Positions 44,100 through 58,236 of a stretch of DNA of 64,000 nucleotides are shown here, piece by piece (positions within the stretch are counted from its first letter, which is position 1; each line of letters opens with the position of its first letter). This DNA comes from Cycas panzhihuaensis (lineage: Eukaryota; Plantae; Cycadophyta): assembly GCA_023213395.1 (NCBI GenBank), contig CM041465.1, forward strand, positions 180,241,741 through 180,305,740, written 5' to 3'. The position numbers and the translations under genes were made by a program. Under the pieces are notes generated by a model, which saw nothing but the letters and a program-made list of their open reading frames with translations, was not told the DNA's origin and did not search any database.

Positions 44100-46620
44100 A
44101 GGTTGGAGACAACGCGGCTGATGCGTGAGTCTCCCAAGTGGGAAAGGAACGTGGATTATGGATTAGGGCCTCCCCCAACGTATTCATCTTGTTTTTTGGG
44201 CTCGTTAAAGGGACATCTTTTTTTATTTTTATTTTATTTTTGATTAGCGAGGAGGGGACTCGACTCACGCACACAACCGAAGGAGGCCGGGCTTACACGC
44301 CCAGAGCCCTTTCGGCTGACCCGTGGGTTGAGAGACGCCATTCTCCCCCGGCCACACACACTCACCCCTATACCCCATCCTCGGGCTCCGGGGGTACAAT
44401 CCTTTTACGTCCGTGCAGTCTTCCGCCGCAGCCGCCAGCAACCACACCCGGACGGTCCCAAGGACACCGCAGTGGTAAGGCTCCCGGGCTCGAACTTGAG
44501 ACAGCCCTCACCACTCCGGAACAACTTACCACTACGCCGCCCCTTGAGGGACGCTTAAAGGGACATCTTAACAGAACATGTGCATGGATGCCTTGATAGC
44601 ACATTGGACAGAGGTAGGGTTGGCTTCACAGCCAAATCCAAGGTCTCCTATTTAGTGGCCCATAGCTGGCACTTTAAATAGTGAGCCCCAACTCAAGCAT
44701 TAATGGCCATTATAACCAAAGTTCTCGCGGACCCACGAATCCCAATTTATTGAAGGCGGGGGATTATCACCGGTGCAAATATTCAAATTCAGTGCGAGCA
44801 CAGAGAAAACCAAAACGTGCACATGGAAGGCCTGGTGACCGTTTCCCAAAAACGTAGAAGCTCTGCGGCAGCCCCTGGATGACGGCGTTTAATTCGGATG
44901 TGGAACAGGGAGATTCGACACTCACATCATAAATCGCCGGTACCCGATGTTCGGAATCCTTTTCGAAACAGCTGGGAAGCGCGGCAGCTCTCCGATTGGA
45001 GCATTTAATTCGAATGTGGGCCCCGCAGGTGCCACGGTAGGCCATGCCATGGTCTATTATTGGGGGAGTCCGACTCCATTTGAGGTCCACCGCAAGTGTC
45101 CGCCACGTCATCACACCCGTGGCGAACAGAGGTACTCCGCCAAATGCATTACGATACAAAGTCCGTATCCACGTTGGTCCTTGCCGGATGACGTGGTTCC
45201 GACAGGAGCGAATGCGTGAAGAAACGGTGAAGGACCCGGCAGAGGAACTCTCCCGTATTTTCTCAAGGGGCAAGTCTGCACGGTGCGCCTCTGGGTACAA
45301 GACCACTCCGTCCGGTCACCAGAACCTGCGTTTAGCCTCATTTTAAGGGTGCGGTTCCAGACAGAGTCTAGGGCTCTTACTCTTTGGGAAATTGTGGTCC
45401 CGTGCGTTGCAGAGAAACTTGTCGACCGGAGAAAATAAAATTTTATCCGAGATTCACAGAGCGGAATCATTTACCTTATGACTGTTTCAGCGATTTAAGG
45501 GGGACTGAATTCAGTGAAAAGCGCTAAGGCGAGTGCATGTATAGGTGGCAAATATCTTATTTTCCCTTTCAGCGCCCCAAAAATCGCAGCATTACCGTTG
45601 AGATTTTTCCGAAAACCCCGTTCCATGGGACTCCGACCCAAGTCCGCTAAAACTCCCGCTAATATGACCAGCATTGAATGACAAATATGGGACGGCGAAA
45701 GATTTATGGTTCATTTTAGAGTTCATAAGACTGGAACTTTTGCTTTCAAAAAACTTTCTTGTCGAATTCTTTAAGCAGCCGGTCCGAGTGTGCAACGAAA
45801 ACAGTTTGTTACGGCAGGCAATAATTTTGCACGAGGCGTCACACGCAAAGAAAGCAAATCAAACAACAACAGATCGACTTAAACTTATGACAATATGCAG
45901 CAGTTGTGTGCAACTTGATTTACCCAACGTACTGTAAAATTATACGGAAAACCGAAAGTGTACCAGTTTTTCTGAGATTATTTTAATGAATTTCGATATC
46001 TTGCTGCTCTTCCAAAAAATAGTCCATCCCTTTGTTTATTTATTGTATGTACTTCAACGAAACTCCTTCCAAATATAATTTTCTGAGACAACAAAGCGAC
46101 AAACTTGTGGTGGTTGGGGGTAAAATGTTCTGAATGAGATTTTAACAGGGGAACATTACGCACAGTTTGTGGGAAGGAATTTGAGCTGTATGACAAGGAA
46201 ATGCAGGTAAACTCAAATTTAAAAAATAAGCAGTTGGTTGCCTGTCTGCAAATGTACATTGTTGACGCTACAAATCCAAAACAATATTCCAGAGGAAATA
46301 ATTGAAGTGCACATCATTTATTGATGATGACGGCAATAGCTATGTATGCAAGCAAGCCCATTTCTTCCTTCCATTGGGTAAGTTTCATTCAAGAGGCATT
46401 CTATAAAACCACCCTATTGGGGGCGCAAATGCAAACAAACTAATCTTACCTTTGCAGGCTGCATACATTTTTACAGAGCCGACTACACCATAAAATCCTG
46501 TCTGAACACCAAGGCATTGTACAAATACAGGATTTTTTCGGCAAAGAACAACCTCAATCGTACCCATAAAAGAAACTTCCGAGTTAGACTTAGGTTTATG
46601 ACTGTACGAGTCCGCTCCCT
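44100..46620. promoter_or_regulatory. CpG-retaining G-box-rich island, copy 2 (interrupted by the SINE)
   Basis: Same motifs as copy 1; core ~44966-45244 appears identical to 4531-4810. Confidence 0.55.
44220..44554 (-). mobile_element. tRNA-derived SINE, full length and young
   Basis: 15-bp TSD TTAAAGGGACATCTT 44205-44219 / 44555-44569, with a single empty site at ~4154-4168. A box GGCGTAGTGG 44538-44529, B box AGTTCGAGCCC 44496-44486, A-rich tail 44241-44220. GC-rich with CpGs intact. Confidence 0.95.
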
Positions 46621-49369
46621 AGAGTTCACATTTATTATTATATAGTTATAATGTTATTCATTATCCCTTTATCGATTTTAAAGCATACAATGGGATGAAT
46701 CAATAAAACAAAGCATTGAAATATAATTCAAAGTTTTACAAATCATTAGACATGATCCCATAATCCCTTCCAATTTTACCTTAATAGCCATGTAATATGT
46801 GTCAAAATCATAGGTTCCACATTCACTCTAATATCTCTGCATTTCTTAGCCATGAGAATAAATAATGGTATAATAACAAATAAATGCAAAATATATAAAC
46901 AAAATCAAAACATGGCCACATAAATCACACTTCCTAGAATGGCATTGCATGAAAGGCTAAGAAAAGAGATATTCCAAACTAAATAGGTTTCATCATGAGC
47001 CCATGTCTTATTTGAGAATGCTACTTTTCCACCATACCCAAAAAGGTTCGAAGATGCGAAGTAAGTTTGAATTAATGATTGAATTTTTACAACAAAATTA
47101 TTGAAGAATATTTGTATCATTAGAGATACTTCTTCATAAAACATTCTATCATTTTTATTAAAGAGCAACATTATTATTATAGCTATTCGGCTTATTGCAT
47201 ACACAAAAGAAAATATTTAAATTTATTTTATTATTTATCTTACATGTTTATATGTATGGGATACCTTTTGACATAATGCATATCATTTTTCAACACTATC
47301 ACATCGATTACTAGTTCACTAAAATATAACTAACATGGCATTGTTTATGTAGGCATGAATTGCATTATATTTTTCATATAAATATGATTTACAGTATACC
47401 TTTGATATCAACATACCTTGCATAGCATTTACAGTATGAATTACACCATTTTCTTAAATATGATTATAACTCACATCAAATATTATACCTTTTATATGGA
47501 AATGACTTGCATTATATTAGACTTATATTTAGTATTTCTATATTTATGATAATGTTCATTTTTACAAATAATAAATATTATTAAATCTAGTAATTATGGA
47601 TTTACTTAAATTTGTCCTCATCTAATAAGAAGAAAGGCATAGAATTTTAGAAAATGTCTTTGTCCAAAGACCTATATACAACCATGCATCTAAAAGTTAA
47701 GCATCAAATGAGGTGGAAAAATCTTAAGATGTAAGAAGTCTATGTGGGTGATATCAATGAAATGTTCGATGGTTACTTTTGTGATAAGGATGATGATTGC
47801 AACATTAATGATGGTATAAATCATAAAGAAGAACTAAGAGGGCTTAGAGTGCAAACAAAAGAAGGTGATAAATAAGAATCTATAAATTAAGCCACAAGGA
47901 CACCATTATCTATCATTAGATCTCATATAGTTGAGTTGTCGACAACCTTATTATTATATAGTTTGAAGGCAATATAACTTCTTAGGTCATGCATTTATAA
48001 GTTTACTTAGAAAATGTTGAAAAATATTAAAATGCATCTTTTCATATAATATTTTTAAAATTTATATATGCATATAATATATTTATTTATTAGGTAGTTA
48101 TATTTTATGTTTATGGTTTTAGATTATTAAAATATAAATTATTACTGAATGACAATGAACTACTCTTTCCACATAGAGAACCACACAAATTATTAAGTGA
48201 TATAGTAATTAAATACAATGTTTACCATGCTTGTAACAATGATTGCATTTTACATAATGGAGGGTATAAGGGCAGTAAAACTTCGTGTGTGTGGTTATCA
48301 ATTAAGTATTCAAAGGAGTAGAGCATGATAAAAAATCTTGTACCACATGCTCATAATTCTTAGATTATGTATGTTTCAATGTGCATTATCGGCATAATAT
48401 ATAAATTGGCATCAAAATTATAAGAGCATAAATGACAGTGTTTGGCATACTCTTGTTAGTTATGAATCAACAAAGAGATAGACCCTAAAGTACCTTTAGG
48501 AATTTGCAATGAAATCATATTTTAAACTATGGTGGATGGAGAAGCATGTGTCAATGTTCTTGAAAATATTTGGTGAACATTAGGCAATCCTTCTATAAAT
48601 GATCCAAATTATTTAATAAAATTAGCAGATCAACATCATTTACGCCAATGAGAACCTTACAAACAATATTATTAGTTGCAGTTGATGTAGAAGTTTTGCA
48701 AGATTTTACAGTAGTATAGATGCAAAACCATAATAAGGCCTACCCAACACTCTTGGGACGACTGTGGCTATTGGCAACAAAAGGATTACAATATTGGGGT
48801 CAACTGATGTTCACACTTTTAGATGGAAGGAAATTAGTTACATTGCCATTTATAATAGAGGGGCCAACGATTAAGAAAGTAATAGATAAGGAGGCTTCTT
48901 CTTCGACTACAATAAGTAGTTGTCCTATAGTAACTCCATACACTGAAATTGCTAATTAGATGAGAATAGGGAAAGGTATGGTTGAGGATAAATAATATGA
49001 AGTTGATGCCCAAGTGCAATTAAAATTGAACGATGGTATAAGCTCTATTAGTTATCTTTTGCATTGGTTATAAGATGCTTATGAGGTAACAAAAGAAAAA
49101 ACCTATTATAAAATAAATTTAATTTTTATAAATAAAGAAATCAAATATTCAAAAAATGAAGATAATTGGAGTGTAGCTACTGAAGTAGATGAAAAAAGAT
49201 GGGATCAACTAATAGAAGAAACTAGACAATAACTTGCAATGATAAGATGTTATTCGACAATAGAGGACTACGATAGTGCAATAAAGGACCGCAGTTGCAA
49301 CAAAGGATTGCAGTTGCAACAAAGGCCTTTGACATTACAATAGAATTCTACAACACTATATTAAAACTC

Positions 49370-49760
49370 TAAAATATTATGCCATAAATCTGCAATGAGA
49401 AGATCAAGATTTGCAATCATGCAAATCAAAACAAGTATGATGCCACGAAGGATGATAAAGAGCTAAGAAGCAACTATGTGAAGCAAGATATAATTCTATA
49501 GTAATTAGTAAGAAAGATTCAATCTTTAAAACAATTTAGTAGTGAATTTTCTTTTACTAAAAATTAAAAAAATAATTGTAATATTATACCATAAATCTAT
49601 AATGAGAAAATCAAAATTTGCAATCACGCAAATCACAAGCAGCATGATGTCAGAAAGGAATATAAGGAGCTAAGAAGCAATTATGTAAAGCAAGATAGAA
49701 ACCCGCAACAATTGGTAAGAAATATCCAATCTTTAAAATAGTTGAATAATGAATTTTTTA
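49370..49760 (+). repeat. ~205 bp tandem duplication between Gypsy PR and RT (also ~24095-24490)
   Basis: ATAAATCT..AATGAGAA.ATCAA...GAGCTAAGAAGCAA.TATGT occurs twice in each copy. Confidence 0.85.
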
Positions 49761-52076
49761 AACTACAAATTGAAAAGTTAAGCTACCACAATTACATGGA
49801 ATTTAGTTATATAATAGAATAAAAATGAAAAAAAATCAAACATATGTTTTCAAATAGAATGCAATAAAGAGGAAAGATTAGGTGTATCTTATGCAATCCT
49901 CCTTAAATGATGATCCATTGCTTTGGTTTCAAACTTATAAAAATACATTTTAGGATTAGAATAATTTTTGTAAAAGGTATAAAATTAAATTTGTAATGGA
50001 AGATAATTTGAAAAACAAAGAATATTCTTGTTTAAAAATACAAAAGGAAGATGGGAATAACTAACCCACCTCCCTTACCGAAAAGTGATATTAATGAAGA
50101 ACTAAAACTTTTTCCTCTAAAATATTCAACAATGGAACATGATCAATGAATGATAAATGAAGACCCTACATATAAGCTTAATGAAGAAGGGCAAATTCTA
50201 GAACAACCAATTATGAAAATACTAAAAATAAACATTTTAACAAAGGATAAACCACAACATATAACAATGGGAGATTATTGGGATTCTGCAATAATCACGC
50301 AAGCAACTGCATTATTTAAAGAATATAAAGACATATTCACATAGTATTATAAAAAACTTGAAGGAATTCCACCAGAGCTAAGAGAACACCATATTGATTT
50401 AATCAAAGCAGTTGAACTGATAATACATCCTTGCCAAATCAACCCTAAGGAGGAAGAAAAAGTAAAAGGAAAACTTTCACAAATTGTTGGAAGCAAGATA
50501 TATCTTTGAAGTTTAAAATAGCAAATGGTTTTGCCTAGTTGTCATAGTACCCAAAAAGAATGAGAAACTTTGAGTTTGTGTCAACTATCGTACATTAAAT
50601 AAAGTAACAAAGAGGGACCCATTCCCAATCCTTTTTATAGAAGATGTACTTTAAGCGGTTACATATCATGAAGTGCTTTCATTTATTGATGACTTCAGTG
50701 GATATAATCAAGTATAGATAGTTCCTCAAGATCAACTTAAAACTACATTTGTCACTAAATAGGGTACATATGCCTATCTCGTAATGTCCTTTGGATTGAC
50801 AAATGCACCTATTACCTTTTAACAAGTTGTCTTCAATATTTTCAAGTAAATGATTAGAAAAATTATATGTGTTTTTGGATGATTGGGCTATGTATGCCCT
50901 TTGGAAAAATCACATAGAAAATTCATGGTACATATTAGAAACATATAAGCAAAGTGGTTTATGTTTGAACCCTAAGAAATAAATGTTCTTGGTGCCTTTT
51001 GGGAATCTGTTAAAGCAAATAATTACAAAAAAATAGACTTTTGATAGGCACAAAAAAGGTGCAACTCATTCTATCTTTTCCTACAACATATCCAAAAACG
51101 GTAGAACGATTTTTTAGTATATTGGGATATTATAGAAAATTTATGAAGAATTATGCCCAAATTGTAGGACCAGTAAAATGTTTATTAAAAAAGGAAATTG
51201 AATGGAAATAGTGGCAAACTCAAGAAATGGCTTTTAAAGTATTAAAGAAAAAGTTTATCCAAGCTCCTATTTTAAGATTCCCTGATTGGACTAAATAATT
51301 CATGTCCATATAGATTCATTTCTATATGCAATTAAGTGTGTATTAGCCTAGACAAGTGAATGTAACATTGATCTTCTTACTTATTTCACTAGTGAGAAAT
51401 TAACAAAGGCTGAAAGAAACTATCTTATAAAAAAATATGAAGGACTAGGAGATCTATATCATTCAAAATTTCAAATATTATTTGTCAGCTAATCACTTTG
51501 TTTTTATTTTTTTAATCATCAAGCATTAAAGTTTCTTATTAATAAGTTAATACTACAAGGTATGATAAGTAGGTAGCTACTTTTATTACAAGAATTTTCA
51601 TTTAAAGTTATAGTAAAAAAATCACCATCCATATTGTCCCAAATCACCTATCTCGAATCAAAACCAGAGAAGCACGTACTTAAATATATGATAACTTTCC
51701 ATATGTTGAATTATTTCACCTTTTAGTAGTACATGCATCGTATAAGGGTATTGCTTAATGCTTAACAATAGTAACCATGCCTCTAGGATTGAAGAAAGTT
51801 GAATGAAAAAACTTGGCAAGGAAAGCATTTCCTTATTAGTTAATCACAAGAACACTGTATAAAATGAGACCTAATGGCATATTATGACATTACATCATGG
51901 AACATGAGATATATATAGTATTGAGGCAAGTGCAAAAAGGACCAACAAGAGGACATATTGTAATAGATAGAACAACTCGACAAATATTATTGGTTGGATT
52001 ATAGTGGTCTATACTTTTGAAGACATGGAGCAGTTGGTGAGATATTATGATGTTTATTAAAGAGTGGGGAAACCCA

Positions 52077-55000
52077 TATTAAAAAACACTACCCAACTAA
52101 TGTAAATATTAAGCACATATCTTTATTTATTATTTCTTGGACCGATGGATGTTTATTTTGGAGTCTTACGGATCTAGATATATCCGAAGACCTCCTTGTA
52201 CTCTCATGCTTTTGGATCAATGTAATCGATTGTTCTAAGGTTGGTTTTCCCACTGGATACCGTGTGTATTCTTTCTGAGATTGGTGTTTGCGTTTGATCT
52301 GGTTCTGCTCCTATTTTTTTAACATGGTATCAGAGCTTGAAGGTGTACGCTGCCACCGGGTGAGCCGCATGGTATCCTGATCCGATTGCTGGTTGTTTAG
52401 GAGTCTAGTGTAGTGAAAATTGGTGCAGCCTGTTTGACGTTCGAGTTCGAAGGATATTGGCCTACGAAGTTGCTTTAGACGTCCCTTGTGGTCTCATCTA
52501 AAGGTATTTTTCAGTCTTATTTTTCCTTTGCTTGCTTGATTGTCTCTGACGTGTTGATTGCTCTCTGTTTTGTATGCACTTATCCTCCTTCTTATCTGTA
52601 TAAATTATAAACCCTAAGGCCAATATATATATACTATGTTTGTAGTCATTTTTCTTCAATTTTTGTACCTGGCCAAATAAATCTTAAGTACTTTGACTGT
52701 AAGCATATTTTTTGTCACTTCTTGTGCTCCTCCTCTCTTTATAATCAATTACTCTACCTTTATTAATTGTATATGCTCTTGTACGTCATCTTATTCTTAG
52801 CATATGTATGTTTAGTATCACTGTATGCATTGTGTGGCATATAAACAACAGATGAATCAGATATTCACTCACCGCTTTTTGCGTTGAATTTTTTGTGTGT
52901 ATCTACTTTCACGCCTAGTTATACACAGTGTATTTCTACGTATTTCAACCGGCGTGTTTGGTATATTTCCTGTGCATATACTCAATGCTTTTCTCCCTAT
53001 CTGCTGCGCGTATATTCAACGTACTTTTGAGTACGTTTGGTGCATCGATACACAGCGAGTATCTGCCTTCATAGTGGCTACATATACTCTGCATTTTTTA
53101 GTGCATTTAGTGCGAATATACTCAGCGTGTCTCTACTCATTTGCTGCGCATATATTCAACGCATTTCAGGCTATGTATTCACATGTTTTTTACGTGATCT
53201 GTTTCTGTGTATATCCCTTGCATGATTATTGTGTCTGTCGTACTGTATATTCTCACGCATTCTTTTGGCTGTGTATATTTAGTGTGTGTCGATTGTAATC
53301 ATTTGTGCTTCTTTACATTATTTCTCCGTGTATTTACAGTGAGTATGTGCTGCTGTCTACTTTGGCATTCAGCATGTATTTGCCGTGCAACTCTTTGTCC
53401 TTACTGCGTTGCTCTTTATCTTCATATTTGGGTATACGCAATGCTGGGTATGTGTCATTTGTTTGCCTAAGTTTGCCAATACTTTTTAGTATGATGATCA
53501 AGGGCGTTCTGGGTTAATTCTTGCTAGTCGCCAACATCACTCGAGTCGTACACGGAAGTTATTTTAGAGTTTTGGGGTAGTTAGGATTTGTACGGATCAC
53601 TACAATTAAATCAGACCGTCTAAGATTAATGATACACATTATGGTTGCCGTGGTGAGATATTGCAACTTTAGACAATAGTGTATCATAACCATTCATTGA
53701 TTTTTTTATGAAGGCTTTAAAAATCTATGGTGATTTTTTAATTAAAGGTTACTTTAAGAGCTGTTTATTAACATAAATTATTGATTTGAGTTGGAGCTGA
53801 GCATTCTGGCACTTAAGGTGACAAGATTGGATTGATTTAATATTTAATATCAGACTTTGGAGTTTTTTTTGTCCATATGATGGTTCATATGTTTCAGATC
53901 TTGAAGTGTTTGAGTTGAGTGGCGCTTGAGTTGTGATTTTAAATCTAAGATTTAAGAAAGGTATTTGAGTTAGTTGGATTCTGAGTCATATTGACATTTA
54001 ATTCGATCATGGAGAAGCTTGCACCATTAGTTACATTTAATGGAAATAATTTTAATGAGTGGAAAGTGCACATGGAGCTCGTTTTAATGGTAAATTAGTT
54101 ATAGGGAATCACTAAGTCACCTTTGTTAAGCCTACCTTTGGATGAAAAGGATCGCGTACGTGTTGAAGAGAGGCAATTTATAGTTGTTGGGTTACTTAAG
54201 CTATCTTTGGCTCCCAATCAAAGAGCTTTAGTGCACAATCTTGAAACTTCGAATGAAATATGGACCAAGCTATGTGAGACTTTTGAGAAAAAGAAGACAA
54301 ATTGTTGGGTTGCCCTCGTGATGGAATTATTGAGTGCAAAAGTAGAAGACGAAAACAACATTAGTGTCTTCCTAAACAAGATTACTAATTTGAGAAATAA
54401 GTTGGATGAATTGAAATCAAACTCAATGAATGATGCCTTGCTATTTGCCATTATTATGTCAAAGTTACCAACTACATTTGCCACCTTTCAGACAGTTTAT
54501 GGGAGTGATGAAGCCATGGAAGGTGAGTCTTTTGAGTCCTTAAAAAATCTGATATTAGTTGAAGATGCCAAATTGAAGCATCATGCTTGGTGGTTCAGTT
54601 TCAAATTAGGCCTTCATAATGAAGACACAGAAGAAGGATTTATTCCATGAAAACAAGTCTACACAGAAGATTGGTGAGACCTCTCATGAAAAGAAGAAGT
54701 TAGTGGGAAGGTGCAACTACTACAAGAAAGATGATCACAAGGAAAGAAACTGTTGGATCAAGAAACGAGATAAGCGCAAGGTAAACCGAGATGATAAAGG
54801 GAAAAGTGTCGCAGCACATTGTATTCGAGCATCAACAATGTCATCTGAAAAGAAAGATTATTGGATCCTAGACTCAGGTGCTCAAAAACACATCACCTAT
54901 CAAAAGCATATTTTTAATGCCTTAGATACAAGTTCAATTGATGCTAATGTGATTCTTGGAGATGCCAGTATTTTGCCTATAGAAGGTACTGGAACCGTTT

Positions 55001-58000
55001 CACTTGCCGGTGGAAAGTTTGATGGTGTTTATTACGTACCTCAAGTGAAATTTAATCTTCTCTCAGCCTAGGAAATCTGCAAGTAAGGTATGAAAATAGA
55101 GCTCTACAATAATAAATGTTTAGTTAGAGATCTAAAGAAACACTTCTCTATTGTTGCTACTAGGAAAGTACAAGATAACTTTTGGGTGTTTGAGTCTTTT
55201 AAAACCTAGTAGGATTCTTATATTTTCATTGCCAATGCTGATGATGTGAGTAAGTTGTGGCATGAAAGATTGGGTCATCTTAACTATGGTAGCATCAATT
55301 TAATGAATCGATTGAAGATGGTAATTGGTTTGCCTCATATTCAATGTTCAAAGGGTGCTTGTGAAGGATGTATGTATGGAAAACATCATCGTTATCCTTT
55401 TGCTAGAGATAATGCATGGAGGGCAAAAGAGACAATTGAACTTGTTCATACTGATCTGATGGGTCCATTGTCAAATCCTTCTATTTCTGGAGCTCGCTAT
55501 GTACTTGTGTTTGTAGATGATTTCAGCAGAAAAACATAGGTTTTCTTTTTGAAGAATAAGTCTGATGTATTTGATAGATTTTGTGAATGGAAAACTTGTG
55601 TTGAAAATGAATGTGGTATGAAGATCAAGAAATTAAGATAATGGAAATGAGTATGATAACAATGCCTTTCATCAGCTCTGTCTTGCCAATGGTATTAAGC
55701 CGGAATTTATTGTTCCATATACACCACAGCAAAATGGTATAGCAGAGAGGAAAAATCGTACCATAATGGAAATGGTGAGGTGCATGGTGCATGGTAAGAG
55801 TTTGCCTCCCAAATTTTGGGCGTGTCGTGGCGACAACAGTTCATATTTTGAATAGGGTACCATTACATTGTTCGTGGCATTACCAGAAGAATGTTGGACC
55901 GGTCAGAAATCTTCCATTAATTATTTTAAGGTATTTAGGTACATTGCCTATGCACACATCCTGCATTTAAAATCAAAAGAAATTGGATCCCAAGAGTTTA
56001 AAGTGTATTTTTGTGGGGTACTTACCTGAGTGTAAGGCTTATAGACTTTGGGATTCGTGAGGAGGAAAAATCTTGATTAGTCAAGATGTTAAGTTTGACG
56101 AATCTCTAACGTATCGTGTTGGCAGATCATCTAAAGATATATTTTATCCTCCACTTCTACCTTTTCCGAGTCATGATTCTACAGATTTACAGGTACACGA
56201 GTCTGCCCCGCAAAATGTTTCCAAAGCAGGACCAAGTGGAAGTTATTTTGAGGACCCATCACAGATTGAAACACGATCTACACCTCGTGTTCCATTGTGG
56301 GAAAAAGGAACCATTGAAGACTCAGGAGTGACGGTTGAAAATTTAGAAGATGGTCGAAGGACAAGGAGTCAACATGCCAGTCAGGTCTTAGTGATAAAAA
56401 CCAATGACTTTATCTCATTTGACAAAGCAAAGGAAGATCCGCGATGGAAAGTTGCAATGGAGGAAGAATTTAGTTCTCTTATGAAGAACCATACATGGGA
56501 TTTAGTTCAACTTCCTCCCTCAAAGAACTTGGTTGGCTGCAAGTGGGTCTACAAGGTAAAGTATCACTCCAATGGTGAAGTAGACAAGTATAAAGCTAGA
56601 CTTGTAGCTCAAGGTTTTAAACAAAAGGAAGGAATCGATTATAAAGAGACTTTTGCACTGGTCTCTAAGATTTCAATGGTCCGTTTGATTCTTGATTTAG
56701 CTATTATTTTTGGTTGGGTGTTACATCAAATGGACGTAAAGTCCGCTTTTCTTCATGGAGATTTGAAGGAGGAGATTTACATAGCCCAACCTCCAGGTTT
56801 CATGAAGAAATGACATGAGCATTTAGTGTGTCGATTGAAGAAATCTCTTTATGGCCTAAAACAAGCACCACGTGCTTGGTACGAGAAAATTGATGCTAGA
56901 TTAAAGGCTAATGGTTTTGTGACAACAGATTTTGAACCAAGTCTTTATATTAGAAAGAAAAGATCTTGTTGTTTTGTATGTGGATGACCTTATCATTACA
57001 AGAAATTATAGCAAGACAATTGCAGATACAAAGACCTTTTTGGGTCATAACTTCGATATGACAGATCTTGGTCCTCTCCATCATTTTTTGGGCATCGAGA
57101 TTAGGCAGATGAAAGATCGCATCATGATGTTACAGACAAAGTATGATCAATCCCTACTTGAGAAATTCGGATTGAAGGATTGCAAACCGAATAAAACACC
57201 ATGTGTGAAAGGCACACAGCTTCAAAAGAACATGGATAAACTAGTTATAGATGGGACATTGTATCAGCAATTAGCAGGAAGTTTGATTTATCTTACTCAT
57301 ACTAGACCTGATATTGCCTATGTTGTTGGATTAGTGTCTCGCTTTATGCAAAATCCCCAAGAGCCACATTTGCATGCAGCCAAGAGGATTTTGAAGTATA
57401 TTAAGGGTACACTTAATCTTGGCCTTGAATACCTTCGTAGTGGGAAGGCAAAATTGTATGGGTATACAGATGTTGATTGGGGCGGAGATGCTGAAGACTG
57501 AAAATCAACTGCATAATATATTTTTGGCATAGGAAATGGATTTGTCTCTTGGCAATCCGAAAAGCAATCTACCGTGGCCTTGTCGTCTACAGAAGAAGAG
57601 TACCAAAGTTTAAGTGTTGGTGCAAGGGAAGTTGTATGGTTGCAAGGACTTTTGGAGACACTTGGTGTATCATCTAGCACTCCAATTATTCATTGTGATA
57701 ATCAAAGTGTTATTCAACTTTTAAAGAATCCAGAGTTTCACGCACGTACAAAGCACATAGAAATCCAGCAGCACTACATCTGTGAGTTGATCAGATCGGG
57801 GAAGATGCAGGTTGAATATTGTCCAAGTGAGGAGCAACTGCCCGACGTGTTCACCAAGGCTTTTACTGAAGATCGGTTTTTGAAGATTCATGCACATTTG
57901 GGACTTAGTCTTGAAGGAGAATCTATTTTTCAAGACAAAGGTTAGACACTTCATTATGTTGAAGATCAATAATTATATTAAGGGGGTATGTTAAAAAACA

Positions 58001-58236
58001 CTACCCGACTAATGTAAATATTAAGCACATATCTTTATTTATTATTTCTTGGGTTGATGGATGTTTATTTTGGAGTCTTACAGATCTATATATATCTGAA
58101 GACCTCCTTGTACTCTCATGCTTTTGGATCAATGTAATCGATTGTTCTAAGGTGGGTTTTCCCACTGGATACCGTGTGTATTCTTTCTGAGATTGGTGTT
58201 TGCATTTGATCTGGTTTTGCTCCCGTTTTTTTAACA
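52077..58236 (+). mobile_element. Ty1/Copia element C, structurally complete
   Basis: 248-bp LTRs 52077-52324 and 57989-58236 (~13 mismatches, ~95%). TSD ACCCA 52072-52076 / 58237-58241, PBS TGGTATCAGAGC 52325-52336, PPT ~57979-57988. Confidence 0.98.
54009..57945 (+). pseudogene. Copia C gag-pol polyprotein with several stops and frameshifts
   Basis: MEKLAPLVTFNGNNFNEW start; zinc-knuckle remnant CNYYKKDDHKERNC; PR WILDSGA; LWHERLGH; INT FVDDFSR; RT QMDVKSAFLHG and LYVDDL; RH HARTKHIEIQQH and PDVFTK. Confidence 0.97.

Larger units (their letters stand above)
40166..49942 (+). repeat. Segmental duplication, copy 2
   Basis: Collinear with 1-8725 plus 23910-24666. Lacks Copia A/B and has the SINE. 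Confidence 0.97.

Noticed and set aside
44220-44554. Functional tRNA gene or ribozyme
   Set aside because: No acceptor or anticodon stems and no hammerhead CUGANGA core; TSD and tail identify a retroposed SINE.
44138-44604. ORFs of 60-152 aa across the SINE
   Set aside because: By-products of the GC-rich SINE; absent from the paralogous copy.
52897-53517. Cys/hydrophobic ORFs in the Copia C leader (env-like?)
   Set aside because: Several frames are open because of the T/G-rich degenerate repeat; no ATG-led ORF with a recognisable domain.
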